IMG/VR virus record: IMGVR_UViG_3300037067_006130
Span: 22,413-86,412 of that record
Source: a virus
Taxonomy: Duplodnaviria > Caudoviricetes
DNA: 64,000 nt
Direction: 5' to 3' (one strand)
The notes beneath the pieces were generated by a model that worked only from the letters and a program-made list of their open reading frames with translations, searched no databases and had not been told where the DNA came from. Positions 45,227 to 53,201 of this stretch are shown piece by piece; position 1 is the stretch's first letter; each line of letters begins with the position of its first letter. A program made the translations under genes and the position numbers.

Positions 45227-45340
45227 TGTTCTTTAGTTTAAGATTTTAAAATTGCCCCCTTAAAAAATATTTAATTATTCATTTCGTTTCAAAAGTTAGT
45301 TCCTGCTGGGCTGGTCATATACCCGACCGTTACCGCCCAT

Positions 45341-45547
45341 TTAAAGAAACGGAACTTTGTGAATTGTCCATCCGTTGTGAATAATCGGAAAAGGCTTCGA
45401 TTTTAAAGAATGATATGGTAATATATCAAAGCCTTTAGCCTCACACAACTTTTTAAAATTGCCCCAAACTTCTAAAGTTGGGGCAATTACTACTATTACG
45501 TTTTGGCGGTTCATATTATTTAACAATTGCGTTTGCTTTTTCAGCAT
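45341..45547 (-). CDS. Small cassette ORF (likely start MNRQ)
   Basis: Second gene of the promoter-bearing cassette. Confidence 0.55.
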   Translation of the reverse strand: MLKKQTQLLNNMNRQNVIVVIAPTLEVWGNFKKLCEAKGFDILPYHSLKSKPFPIIHNGWTIHKVPFL

Positions 45548-45803
45548 ACACGGTTAATCTGTCAAATAACTTGCTGTTTACTTCAAGTTCAGCATCTTCA
45601 TTTATTTTGCAAATGTCGCCAGCACCGTTTGCGCCGTTACCTTTTTGGCTTAAAAATAAAGTTCCGTTTTTAAAGCCTTTGCGTACATATAAGCTTTTTG
45701 TAGCAACGCCAATTAGTTTTTCACTATCAATTACTAAGGTTTCACCATGTTTTACAGGTTCGCCAGCGTTGTTTGTTTTTTCGATGATTGTTAAAATTGC
45801 CAT
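45516..45803 (-). CDS. Cassette ORF (95 aa)
   Basis: Downstream of the cassette-internal promoter. Confidence 0.6.
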   Translation of the reverse strand: MAILTIIEKTNNAGEPVKHGETLVIDSEKLIGVATKSLYVRKGFKNGTLFLSQKGNGANGAGDICKINEDAELEVNSKLFDRLTVYAEKANAIVK

Positions 45804-45845
45804 TTTTTTAGTTTTTAGTGAAACAGCTTTGTTGTTGTTTCATGA

Positions 45846-45877
45846 TGTAAATATACAACGCATATTTCTATTTTGCA
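45846..45877 (-). promoter_or_regulatory. Bacteroidota-type promoter inside a cassette
   Basis: Minus strand CTTG-caaaatagaaatatgcgttg-TATATTTA (variant of TAnnTTTG). Confidence 0.55.
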
Positions 45878-46028
45878 AGTATTTTTGTAATTATTTTCAA
45901 AATATTTCTAATTATTTTTAGACAACAAACAAAAACGGGCGGTAACACGTGCTATACGTCAGTTTTGCAGATAGTTTCGTGCTTAATTGATAGTTTCTTC
46001 AAGCAAAACCGAACGTATAGCACCATCG

Positions 46029-46349
46029 TTAGCAACTATTGCGTGATAAATATTGTTTAAGTGCTACTTCGTTGTTATCAACATTGGTTAAAATATTATG
46101 ATTAATCCATAACCAATCTGTATAATCACGCAACAGAGCCTCACGCTCGACATCCTCGCACTTGCTAACAGCGGGTTTATTGCAGTTGCTAGCCTCTTTA
46201 GATACTTTTTGCACACGCTCTCGCATTAACGTAATGCAATCCACATAAGCATCTTTTCTGGCTCTATTTTCTTTTAATCCGTCTGGGATGCTATTTGATT
46301 TATCCCTAAGTATTTCTATTAAGTCTGTTAATGTTGCTATGGTTTCCAT
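46029..46349 (-). CDS. ORF spanning an attC-like arm (106 aa)
   Basis: The arm translates as SNCNKPAVSK; the stop lies in the next core site. Confidence 0.6.
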   Translation of the reverse strand: METIATLTDLIEILRDKSNSIPDGLKENRARKDAYVDCITLMRERVQKVSKEASNCNKPAVSKCEDVEREALLRDYTDWLWINHNILTNVDNNEVALKQYLSRNSC

Positions 46350-46469
46350 TAACGTTAAGTTTTTATCATCGCTCGTAATTGTTAGTTTATACTGTTACTA
46401 TTTATTAATGTAATGGTATCAGCAACCGCCAATTTACCACAGTCACGTTGTATGCCATTTGCCGCCCTT

Positions 46470-46520
46470 AAAAAAAAGGAACAGAGGCTTGACGGGTTTT
46501 AGACCGGTTACCTCTGCTCC
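46470..46520 (-). terminator. Rho-independent terminator upstream of the array
   Basis: GGAGCAGAGG...CCTCTGTTCC-T8 on the minus strand. Confidence 0.75.
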
Positions 46521-46581
46521 ATGTAGGAATGCCCATACATGGTGTGATCAACCAACAGATGTTTGCATGTCAGGCATAGCA

Positions 46582-46782
46582 CTACTTTCTCTTAGCATCC
46601 TCTCTGGCTATCTTAATCGCTGTTGGATCGAGCTCAGATAGTTCCGTCGTGTAGACGAGCAAGGATTTAAAACATTCGGTTGGATCATCCCCTGGTTCGA
46701 GTACTGCGGTTACCTCTGCGGTAATCGTTTCGAAGTTCTGAATGTTCTTAACCTTTCTAGCGGTGATTGTTGTTATTTCCAT
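46582..46782 (-). CDS. Hypothetical protein (66 aa)
   Basis: N.ETI..EVTA.L..G.D motif. Confidence 0.6.
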   Translation of the reverse strand: MEITTITARKVKNIQNFETITAEVTAVLEPGDDPTECFKSLLVYTTELSELDPTAIKIAREDAKRK

Positions 46783-46963
46783 TGGCCTTTAGAATTTGGG
46801 ATTTAGCGTTTGCCATACGAATACGAGCGTAATGCTCAATGCCCATACCCTGTTTTTCGTACACTGAGTAGTCAAAACAGATGGGAACTTTGTCCTTGGG
46901 ATCGAAATGGTATCGAACCCGCACTGAACCTGTGAGTACGTACATAATTGTAAATATAAGCAA
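46757..46963 (-). CDS. Hypothetical protein (68 aa)
   Basis: ORF in operon. Confidence 0.45.
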   Translation of the reverse strand: MLIFTIMYVLTGSVRVRYHFDPKDKVPICFDYSVYEKQGMGIEHYARIRMANAKSQILKANGNNNNHR

Positions 46964-46994
46964 TTATTGTTAGTTTTACCAATACTCTAAATAA

Positions 46995-47294
46995 TTATTC
47001 GCTTAGGTATAACGGTTTCGGTAAATGGAATACAGCGCAAGGATTCGTGATGAGGATATGATCTCCACTTGAAATGTCAATCCCTTCAACCTGTATGGCT
47101 TGCTCTTGGCCATAGGTAATAACGGTTATCCTTGCTCGTTTCAGCACGTAGTATCGGTCAGTCGGCACTGTTTTCATGAATGCGAGATCGTACCAATGAG
47201 CACCATGCTTGACCTTTTTAATCTCAATCTGTTCTAAGAATCCACAAGGAATTTGTGGTTCTACTACTGGAATAGTCGGTTCTGTCATAACCAA
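46995..47294 (-). CDS. Hypothetical protein (99 aa)
   Basis: ORF in operon. Confidence 0.55.
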   Translation of the reverse strand: MVMTEPTIPVVEPQIPCGFLEQIEIKKVKHGAHWYDLAFMKTVPTDRYYVLKRARITVITYGQEQAIQVEGIDISSGDHILITNPCAVFHLPKPLYLSE

Positions 47295-47863
47295 TGTGTC
47301 ATTTTAGGTAATTCAAGATGTCCGTCAAAAATAGGACATATACATTTATCAATATAAACCTTGCCTGTCTTTTCAAGCATTTCTAAGCGATATGAAGATA
47401 AATGACTTCTTAGGTAGATTTTATCATTCTTCCAATCATAGTTATCCCAGTAATGCTCAATACAGTCAAAATCGTCTTTAGATGCCCACTGCCAGCTTCC
47501 CTGCCATGGAACAAAATAGTAATGATACACCTCGGTAAGAATATGGAATGAATCGCTAGCAGGTCTAAAGATAGAAGATGTTGTCCAGTAGATAATTCTA
47601 TCATTAAGGGTTATAATATACAAGTACTGACTGGTATGCTTATAGTCAAAGCTGTAAGTTTTATAAACATTCTTTCCCTTGGTCAACTCGTACTGAACAC
47701 GAATATCCTTTTTATTCACTTTTTTTCCGTTAAGAACAATATCCTCTACTTTTGTTCGCATTAATGGATGATCTAAAAGGTCATTATGATACTCACCTCC
47801 CTTGAGGTATATCTTATCTCTTTCAAACGAGTGACGAATCGCTCTAAATTGATGTTTATTCAT
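47285..47863 (-). CDS. Hypothetical protein (192 aa)
   Basis: ORF in operon. Confidence 0.6.
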   Translation of the reverse strand: MNKHQFRAIRHSFERDKIYLKGGEYHNDLLDHPLMRTKVEDIVLNGKKVNKKDIRVQYELTKGKNVYKTYSFDYKHTSQYLYIITLNDRIIYWTTSSIFRPASDSFHILTEVYHYYFVPWQGSWQWASKDDFDCIEHYWDNYDWKNDKIYLRSHLSSYRLEMLEKTGKVYIDKCICPIFDGHLELPKMTHWL

Positions 47864-48216
47864 GTGTTTATCGGTTTTAGGTAATTCATATACTCTTTAT
47901 AGTCGCTATCCTTTCTAAACTGTGAAGGATGGACAATAAATCGACCTTCAACTTCAGGTTTTAACTTGTTAAGCACTTTCAGCGCCTCTTCAAATGTATA
48001 GATAGGACAGGAAGAATGGTTGTGCTTGTAGTACGCATCGTACAGTAGTTCACCTTGTCCATTTAACTGAGCAACGTGTATCATGGTGTAGTTAAACCCA
48101 TCATCTGATGCGATATATAGCTTACCATCCTTTGATACCCATCGTTCCTGTGTATACGCCTTGTTTATGTAGGTGAAGTGTTCATCTTTTAGCTTTATAA
48201 AATCGTTTTTATCCAT
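47860..48216 (-). CDS. Hypothetical protein (118 aa)
   Basis: ORF in operon. Confidence 0.6.
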   Translation of the reverse strand: MDKNDFIKLKDEHFTYINKAYTQERWVSKDGKLYIASDDGFNYTMIHVAQLNGQGELLYDAYYKHNHSSCPIYTFEEALKVLNKLKPEVEGRFIVHPSQFRKDSDYKEYMNYLKPINT

Positions 48217-48229
48217 TTCCGTAGGAATT

Positions 48230-48260
48230 AAAAGGGATGACCGAGCTATTCAGCCATCCC
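48230..48260 (-). terminator. Rho-independent terminator
   Basis: GGGATGGCTGA-ATAGC-TCGGTCATCCC-TTTT on the minus strand. Confidence 0.7.
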
Positions 48261-48272
48261 TAGTCGGTTAGG

Positions 48273-48320
48273 TTATTTACCTTTACCCTTACCTTTTCCT
48301 TTGCCTTTACATTTTCCCAT
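48273..48320 (-). CDS. 15-aa (GK)n micropeptide MGKCKGKGKGKGKGK
   Basis: ATG after an A-rich leader; synonymous codon variation within the repeat; followed by a terminator. Confidence 0.45.
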   Translation of the reverse strand: MGKCKGKGKGKGKGK

Positions 48321-48350
48321 GGCGTTTAGATTTGGTGAAGGGTAAAGATA

Positions 48351-49154
48351 CTAATTTGTTTTTATCCGTGAAACGCATTTATGGCATTTCAGCTTAGACC
48401 TGACTTTACCTCTCATATGGTGCTGGAACTTCTCTTCCATATACTCATACGAATGGTAACCTGCCCTGCCTACGATACATTTTCCTTGGCAACAAGCTGA
48501 GATGTCTCCATTGGGTAGTAAGCATGGATCTATCCGAATATCATCATCCCAACAGGTCACATTATCCATATCAGGATCGCCAATGTTATTCTTCTTGGCT
48601 CTTCCGATGTACTGGTACGGTTCACGCATTTTACGTCGATTATCTTCCTCCGTTCTGATATCATAGGATTCAATCAACCGCTTTGCTTTTTGTGCGGTAA
48701 ACCCTTCAGGCCAGTACCGTTCGTGGAACGGATCGTCTGATACCATGATGTATATTTTATCATTTCCCATGAAATGCTCAAGGAAATCCTCACCAATCGG
48801 TTTGAATAGCATGGTACCATTGGTCACAATACGAACGCTACCGAATACCCCTGTTAGGTATTCGACCTGCCATACAATATCCGGATGCATAAATGTTTCA
48901 CCGCCTAATAGGTTAATGAACTCATCGTTATACTTGGCTATCTCACGAACAAACTCGATGATATCGGATCTTGACACCATGCCCTTGCGGGTAGGTGAGC
49001 ACGACCATAGGCAATGCTCACACTTGAAGTTACACTTCCAGGTATTAACGATTTGTGGCATACCCATCACGCTCTTTCTTATGAATTCGGTGTTTACTAT
49101 CGTAGTACACTGCAAAGCAGATATCAATGAATGCGATAAGGATAAAGAACTCAT
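48351..49154 (-). CDS. Radical SAM protein (SPASM/twitch-like C-terminus)
   Basis: CNFKCEHC, GGETF, TNG, C-terminal Cys cluster. Confidence 0.9.
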   Translation of the reverse strand: MSSLSLSHSLISALQCTTIVNTEFIRKSVMGMPQIVNTWKCNFKCEHCLWSCSPTRKGMVSRSDIIEFVREIAKYNDEFINLLGGETFMHPDIVWQVEYLTGVFGSVRIVTNGTMLFKPIGEDFLEHFMGNDKIYIMVSDDPFHERYWPEGFTAQKAKRLIESYDIRTEEDNRRKMREPYQYIGRAKKNNIGDPDMDNVTCWDDDIRIDPCLLPNGDISACCQGKCIVGRAGYHSYEYMEEKFQHHMRGKVRSKLKCHKCVSRIKTN

Positions 49155-49983
49155 TACGCTTCTCCGATTCGCTTAGATGGTATAACGTATAACCAATTGT
49201 TAGGATAGCTGCAAAACCACAAAAATAGGTGAATATTGTATCTATAACCATTAAACGTGTAAGCCTATTGTAATGGGTCTTACGAGCATGCTCTTTAAGT
49301 TCTGATTCAATGGCCATGTCAATCTCGCCTTTAGCCTTTTCGATGGGTGCTTCACTACCGTAGTAGCCACCGCACGAATCGAATAGATTACCTTCGGGAT
49401 CAAGAACCTCCATGTAGTAAACTTCTCCACCTAGATACTGATTCCAAGTTTTGATAAGTCCTTCAGCGTAGTATCGAGCAATTTCACCATCTGTTTTACC
49501 AGTTAGATTTGAATCTCTTTTTCTACACTCGTCGAAATCCCACTCCTTCTTATCCACGATAACAAATCCTGTCGTGGATACATCCCATCTTCTATCAGGA
49601 TAATCTCGAGTACCCGCCAATGAAAGATGAACTCCTGAATGAATGTACGCATCCACTGGAAATATGAAACACTCTTTAAGTTTCAGATCAATAGATTCAG
49701 CGTAATCATTGTAGTCCATGTTAAACTCATCGTCATCGGTATAGTTCTCTTTAAGCGGTTCTTTGGCGTTAATATGCTCAAATACCTTCCTCGGTTCAAA
49801 ACCATCCCGCTTAACTGTAAAGTCACGATGGTCGTACACAAGGAACACATCGGTATTCCCCCAGTTGTCAGGAGAATCAGGACACTCATCCTGCTCTAGC
49901 TTGATGGTGTACCCTTTGTATTCTATATCTTCCATGCTACGTGTGTATTGACCAACCATCGGTTGGATCGATTTGGATTGCAA
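49045..49983 (-). CDS. Conserved phage hypothetical (likely start 49935) with C-terminal TM segments
   Basis: YIHSG..LS...WD....G...YL.GEVY...DSCGGYYG motif. Confidence 0.65.
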   Translation of the reverse strand: MQSKSIQPMVGQYTRSMEDIEYKGYTIKLEQDECPDSPDNWGNTDVFLVYDHRDFTVKRDGFEPRKVFEHINAKEPLKENYTDDDEFNMDYNDYAESIDLKLKECFIFPVDAYIHSGVHLSLAGTRDYPDRRWDVSTTGFVIVDKKEWDFDECRKRDSNLTGKTDGEIARYYAEGLIKTWNQYLGGEVYYMEVLDPEGNLFDSCGGYYGSEAPIEKAKGEIDMAIESELKEHARKTHYNRLTRLMVIDTIFTYFCGFAAILTIGYTLYHLSESEKRNEFFILIAFIDICFAVYYDSKHRIHKKERDGYATNR

Positions 49984-50245
49984 ATGTTTGTGGTTTAGTT
50001 CTATCTTCCAATGGTCCGTGGTAGATTAGTCCACCATTCCCTCTAAAACGATGGCCTACCTTTTCCCTACGATAGAACTCGAAGGAAAAGGGTACAAAAT
50101 CGTTGGTTAGCACTGTCTCTATCTCAGGGTTGTTTTTATCCACCTGATCTAGATGCTCAAGCCATTGGTTGAGGTTATCCTCCTTACCAATCCGCTTAGC
50201 GAATTCCTTGGCTTTATCCAAGCCACCTTCAGTTAGGTCAATCAT
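49937..50245 (-). CDS. Hypothetical protein (102 aa)
   Basis: DFVPFSF.F...NGGLIYHG...WSIHT motif. Confidence 0.7.
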   Translation of the reverse strand: MIDLTEGGLDKAKEFAKRIGKEDNLNQWLEHLDQVDKNNPEIETVLTNDFVPFSFEFYRREKVGHRFRGNGGLIYHGPLEDRTKPQTFAIQIDPTDGWSIHT

Positions 50246-50468
50246 TGTTACCCTCCAATTCTTTTAGCTTGGTTAATGCGTTATTATAACGCTTTTGGGT
50301 ATCACAGCTTGGCTCTTCTGTACATAGAGCACATGAAGAGTAATTCTTCTTTGCTCTGCAAAATGAAGCGCACTTTGAGGCAGAACTCATCTTATCCCGA
50401 AAATTACTCATCTTGACATCAGTAGGTAATGTTTTTGGCATTTGTCTGTTGGTTTTAAGTTTTATCAA
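50238..50468 (-). CDS. Small Cys-rich protein (76 aa)
   Basis: C..FC...C..C...C. Confidence 0.5.
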   Translation of the reverse strand: MIKLKTNRQMPKTLPTDVKMSNFRDKMSSASKCASFCRAKKNYSSCALCTEEPSCDTQKRYNNALTKLKELEGNND

Positions 50469-50496
50469 ATCTGCAAATAATTAATCGTCATATAGC

Positions 50497-50531
50497 AAAA
50501 AAAATAAGGTTGGGAGTTAACCCAACCTTAT
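50497..50531 (-). terminator. Rho-independent terminator
   Basis: ATAAGGTTGGG-N6-CCCAACCTTAT followed by a T run on the minus strand. Confidence 0.85.
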
Positions 50532-50557
50532 ACTTTAATGACGAACATCTTTTACTC

Positions 50558-50938
50558 TTAGACTATTAAATTGGCTTCGCACGTTCGCCTTAGTCCATAC
50601 TCAAAATATGTTAGACCTTTACTATTTACATCTGTTAGCAGTATCTTGTCGTTGAATATAAACGTTGTCATAGGACTCGGCCTTGCCGCGAGCACCACAT
50701 CCATTGCTTGCTCCTTAAGCGCACTATATACCCATAATTCGCCTGTGCAGAATGCACTCGGGTTATCCGCTACTTCAAGGATAACAGGCGAAAAGTGGTT
50801 TACGCTCAAATCGGGTTGCACAATATCGGTGCATTGGGTGTTAAATGCTTGCTTTTCGTGCGCATAACCATTTCCAGGTGGCATCACGAGCATTACGGCC
50901 AACGCCAAAAATGCCAAGAAACGATACGTTCCTTTCAT
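50558..50938 (-). CDS. Signal-peptide protein (126 aa) with a strong SD
   Basis: Signal peptide; AAGGAGG at 50946-50952. Confidence 0.55.
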   Translation of the reverse strand: MKGTYRFLAFLALAVMLVMPPGNGYAHEKQAFNTQCTDIVQPDLSVNHFSPVILEVADNPSAFCTGELWVYSALKEQAMDVVLAARPSPMTTFIFNDKILLTDVNSKGLTYFEYGLRRTCEANLIV

Positions 50939-51086
50939 ACTTAGTCCTCCTTTTCGTTAAACTTCGGTTATAAAAATCAATTCAAATGTATGAATAATCT
51001 CTTATCCTTTGCGATTTTTACGCAATAAATGTGAAAGAATTAATCCACCATGCATTGGAACATCTTTAACGGTAACTGGCGTAAAA

Positions 51087-51374
51087 TCATTCTCCATCAT
51101 CAATCCGATTTAAAATTTCTTTAAACTGGTTGTAAGTCTTGGTACTTCTCACCTCGCCTCTGTCAACTCGATCACAAAACAGCTTCATCGCATCATACAT
51201 TTCTGGTGCTGCAGCGATTAGCCTGCCATTCTCTTTAAACTCGTTGATGGATACGTGGCTACAGCTAACAACAGCAATAACTGGTGTATTCTTTGCGCCA
51301 ATAATGATCTCATGGCTCTGCTGATGCCTGCTATGTGCATCCCACGGAGCAGGTGTGTGTTTGTCTTTCGCCAT
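51087..51374 (-). CDS. Phage hypothetical ('HTPGPW...RLIAAAPEL' type)
   Basis: HTPAPW...ENGRLIAAAPEM. Confidence 0.75.
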   Translation of the reverse strand: MAKDKHTPAPWDAHSRHQQSHEIIIGAKNTPVIAVVSCSHVSINEFKENGRLIAAAPEMYDAMKLFCDRVDRGEVRSTKTYNQFKEILNRIDDGE

Positions 51375-51375
51375 A

Positions 51376-51807
51376 CTATTCTGATTTATCCTCGATTGCT
51401 AAACCTCTATCAATTAACTCGAATAGGTCAATCCCTTGCCTGAGTAGATACCACATATCAAACGGACTATGATCGTCTAGCTCAGGATCTCCTTCATTAC
51501 CGAACTCTTTATACTTTCCTTCAACCTGTGCCCATCCAAGATGATTATCAAAATCTTCCTGCTTCAGCGCGGTGAATCTCTTGAGCATTGGCTTCACATC
51601 ATCAAACTCAACGTCTGACTTCACCCAATCGTAGCATATCACTGGTTTATGGGATTTGGTGTACAATGCGTCAAGGGTTCCCTCATTACCATCCTTATGC
51701 TTAAGCTTGCAGCCCAGGTATAGATGGGCCACGTCTTTAAACTCTAGCTTGTGCTTATTCTTCCATAGCTGGAAGTACGCTTCTGTTCTTTTTTCCTGTT
51801 CAGTCAT
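51376..51807 (-). CDS. Hypothetical protein (143 aa)
   Basis: VKPMLK...YLLRQGIDLFELI..GLAI motif. Confidence 0.7.
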   Translation of the reverse strand: MTEQEKRTEAYFQLWKNKHKLEFKDVAHLYLGCKLKHKDGNEGTLDALYTKSHKPVICYDWVKSDVEFDDVKPMLKRFTALKQEDFDNHLGWAQVEGKYKEFGNEGDPELDDHSPFDMWYLLRQGIDLFELIDRGLAIEDKSE

Positions 51808-51809
51808 GG

Positions 51810-52076
51810 CTAGAATTTTAGGTCAAGGGCAAGAAATGTTTTATGCTCTTCTGATACACCCAGTAGCGTATAGAACATGAACATCTCTGCAGGTGATGTA
51901 TTTGTTGTTTTTATCCCTTTGTCAAGGATAAAGGAATCACTACCCCCTTTACCTACGTATGATGCTTGGATAAAGAATTCTTCCTGCTCATCATCATATC
52001 CGTAGACTACTTTAAATATAATGCTTCTACCAGTTGTGGTATTTAGCATACGAGTATTATGCTGGAATTTGCTCAT
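51810..52076 (-). CDS. Hypothetical protein (88 aa)
   Basis: ORF in operon. Confidence 0.6.
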   Translation of the reverse strand: MSKFQHNTRMLNTTTGRSIIFKVVYGYDDEQEEFFIQASYVGKGGSDSFILDKGIKTTNTSPAEMFMFYTLLGVSEEHKTFLALDLKF

Positions 52077-52078
52077 GA

Positions 52079-52318
52079 TTAGAATGGTAAGTCATCGGTT
52101 ACTCGTTTGTGATACGCTTCAAGCAGTGTTTTAACCTCATCTGTGTTATCAAGGATAATATTAACAAAACCACTACGCTCTTCATCACAAACATCTTCTC
52201 TGCTTGCAATTTCGTTTAGCTTATCGGTAAGCAACTCTTTTGCTTCAGTAAAGTTTGCCTGTTCTTGGGTATCAAACAGCTTGCCACTTTCGGTCTTATA
52301 CATGGTTACTTTTTGCAT
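52079..52318 (-). CDS. Hypothetical protein (79 aa)
   Basis: Y.T.SGKLFDT..A motif. Confidence 0.6.
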   Translation of the reverse strand: MQKVTMYKTESGKLFDTQEQANFTEAKELLTDKLNEIASREDVCDEERSGFVNIILDNTDEVKTLLEAYHKRVTDDLPF

Positions 52319-52360
52319 GTCAGTATCGTTATTAGTTAATCAAATCCATAAATAATAAAC

Positions 52361-52408
52361 TGACAAAAGCGGGTATAGACTCTCATCGAATCTATACCCA
52401 TTTTGCCA
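52361..52408. terminator. Hairpin / probable terminator
   Basis: GGGTATAGA-N11-TCTATACCC with flanking A4/T4. Confidence 0.55.
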
Positions 52409-52483
52409 CTTTTAAGACGATTCTAGCCATATTCTGTGCTTGCGACTTGTTAGGAGACATCGTAGTAGTGCAATGGCTTAAAT

Positions 52484-52915
52484 CTATCGTTTTCTTCTGG
52501 TCGGTTTAACCCGCTTAAACTCGTGGTGCTTGATGTTATGCGGTTTAGTTATTTCGATGCGTTTAATCTCAGGGATATTCAACCTGTTATGGATGACGAT
52601 TGGTTCTGGCCTAAACTGCTCGTTAAGTTTTTTAAGCCTTTCAATCTCTTCATTCAGTTCATTACGCTCCTTCTCAACTAACAGTTTGCAAGCCTCAACA
52701 TACTTCATTTTGATATCAGGGTCTAATCGTTCCAGCGCAAGCACTATTCTCTCTGCGGTTAAACTTTCTCTTGACCCAATGATGACAACCTGATTGTTGT
52801 CAGCGAAAGCGATTCTTAACCCTATTTCCGCCGACTGCATACGCCAAGGTTCCTCGCCCTCAGCGTATGTTTTCATGTCAGCATCATGCTTTAGTGCATC
52901 TAAGTTCTCATCCAT
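52484..52915 (-). CDS. Hypothetical protein (143 aa)
   Basis: ORF in operon. Confidence 0.55.
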   Translation of the reverse strand: MDENLDALKHDADMKTYAEGEEPWRMQSAEIGLRIAFADNNQVVIIGSRESLTAERIVLALERLDPDIKMKYVEACKLLVEKERNELNEEIERLKKLNEQFRPEPIVIHNRLNIPEIKRIEITKPHNIKHHEFKRVKPTRRKR

Positions 52916-53201
52916 TACGTTTGTTTATGGTATAGTTGATGATTTTAGTTTTATCTGTTTCCGGGTACACCTTGTACTGCAGGAAATAGATGTTCCTCAG
53001 CACCTCTATTTCCTCGTAGGTATCACGAATTCGCTGCTTGTACGAGTTGTAAAGGTAGCTATTCTTTACCTTTAATCCACGATTAAGGTCTTTAACCCTT
53101 TCGTGGAGAATACAAATACGCTCTCTTACCAATGCTCTCATGGACTTAGGATGGTTTAGATTTAGGTAGAATAATATCGTACTTCCCCTTCGGGTTTTCA
53201 A
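52908..53201 (-). CDS. Hypothetical protein (97 aa; start uncertain)
   Basis: ORF in operon. Confidence 0.45.
   Translation of the reverse strand: MKTRRGSTILFYLNLNHPKSMRALVRERICILHERVKDLNRGLKVKNSYLYNSYKQRIRDTYEEIEVLRNIYFLQYKVYPETDKTKIINYTINKRNG

Larger units (their letters stand above)
42206..46466 (-). mobile_element. Integron-like gene-cassette array (CALIN-like, no integrase in window)
   Basis: 8 complete attC-like sites (42453-42768, 43147-43238, 43476-43605, 43902-44032, 44240-44330, 44409-45335, 45940-46034, 46163-46453) plus one partial; each has (T/C)AAC...GTT cores and complementary arms; all ORFs are co-oriented. Confidence 0.75.

Noticed and set aside
45478-45921. 147-aa plus-strand ORF in the array
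   Set aside because: Antisense to two minus-strand cassette genes and their promoter; no independent support
42206-46466. CRISPR array or simple REP repeats
   Set aside because: Repeats are variable-length imperfect hairpins separated by whole genes, not constant repeats with 30-40-nt spacers
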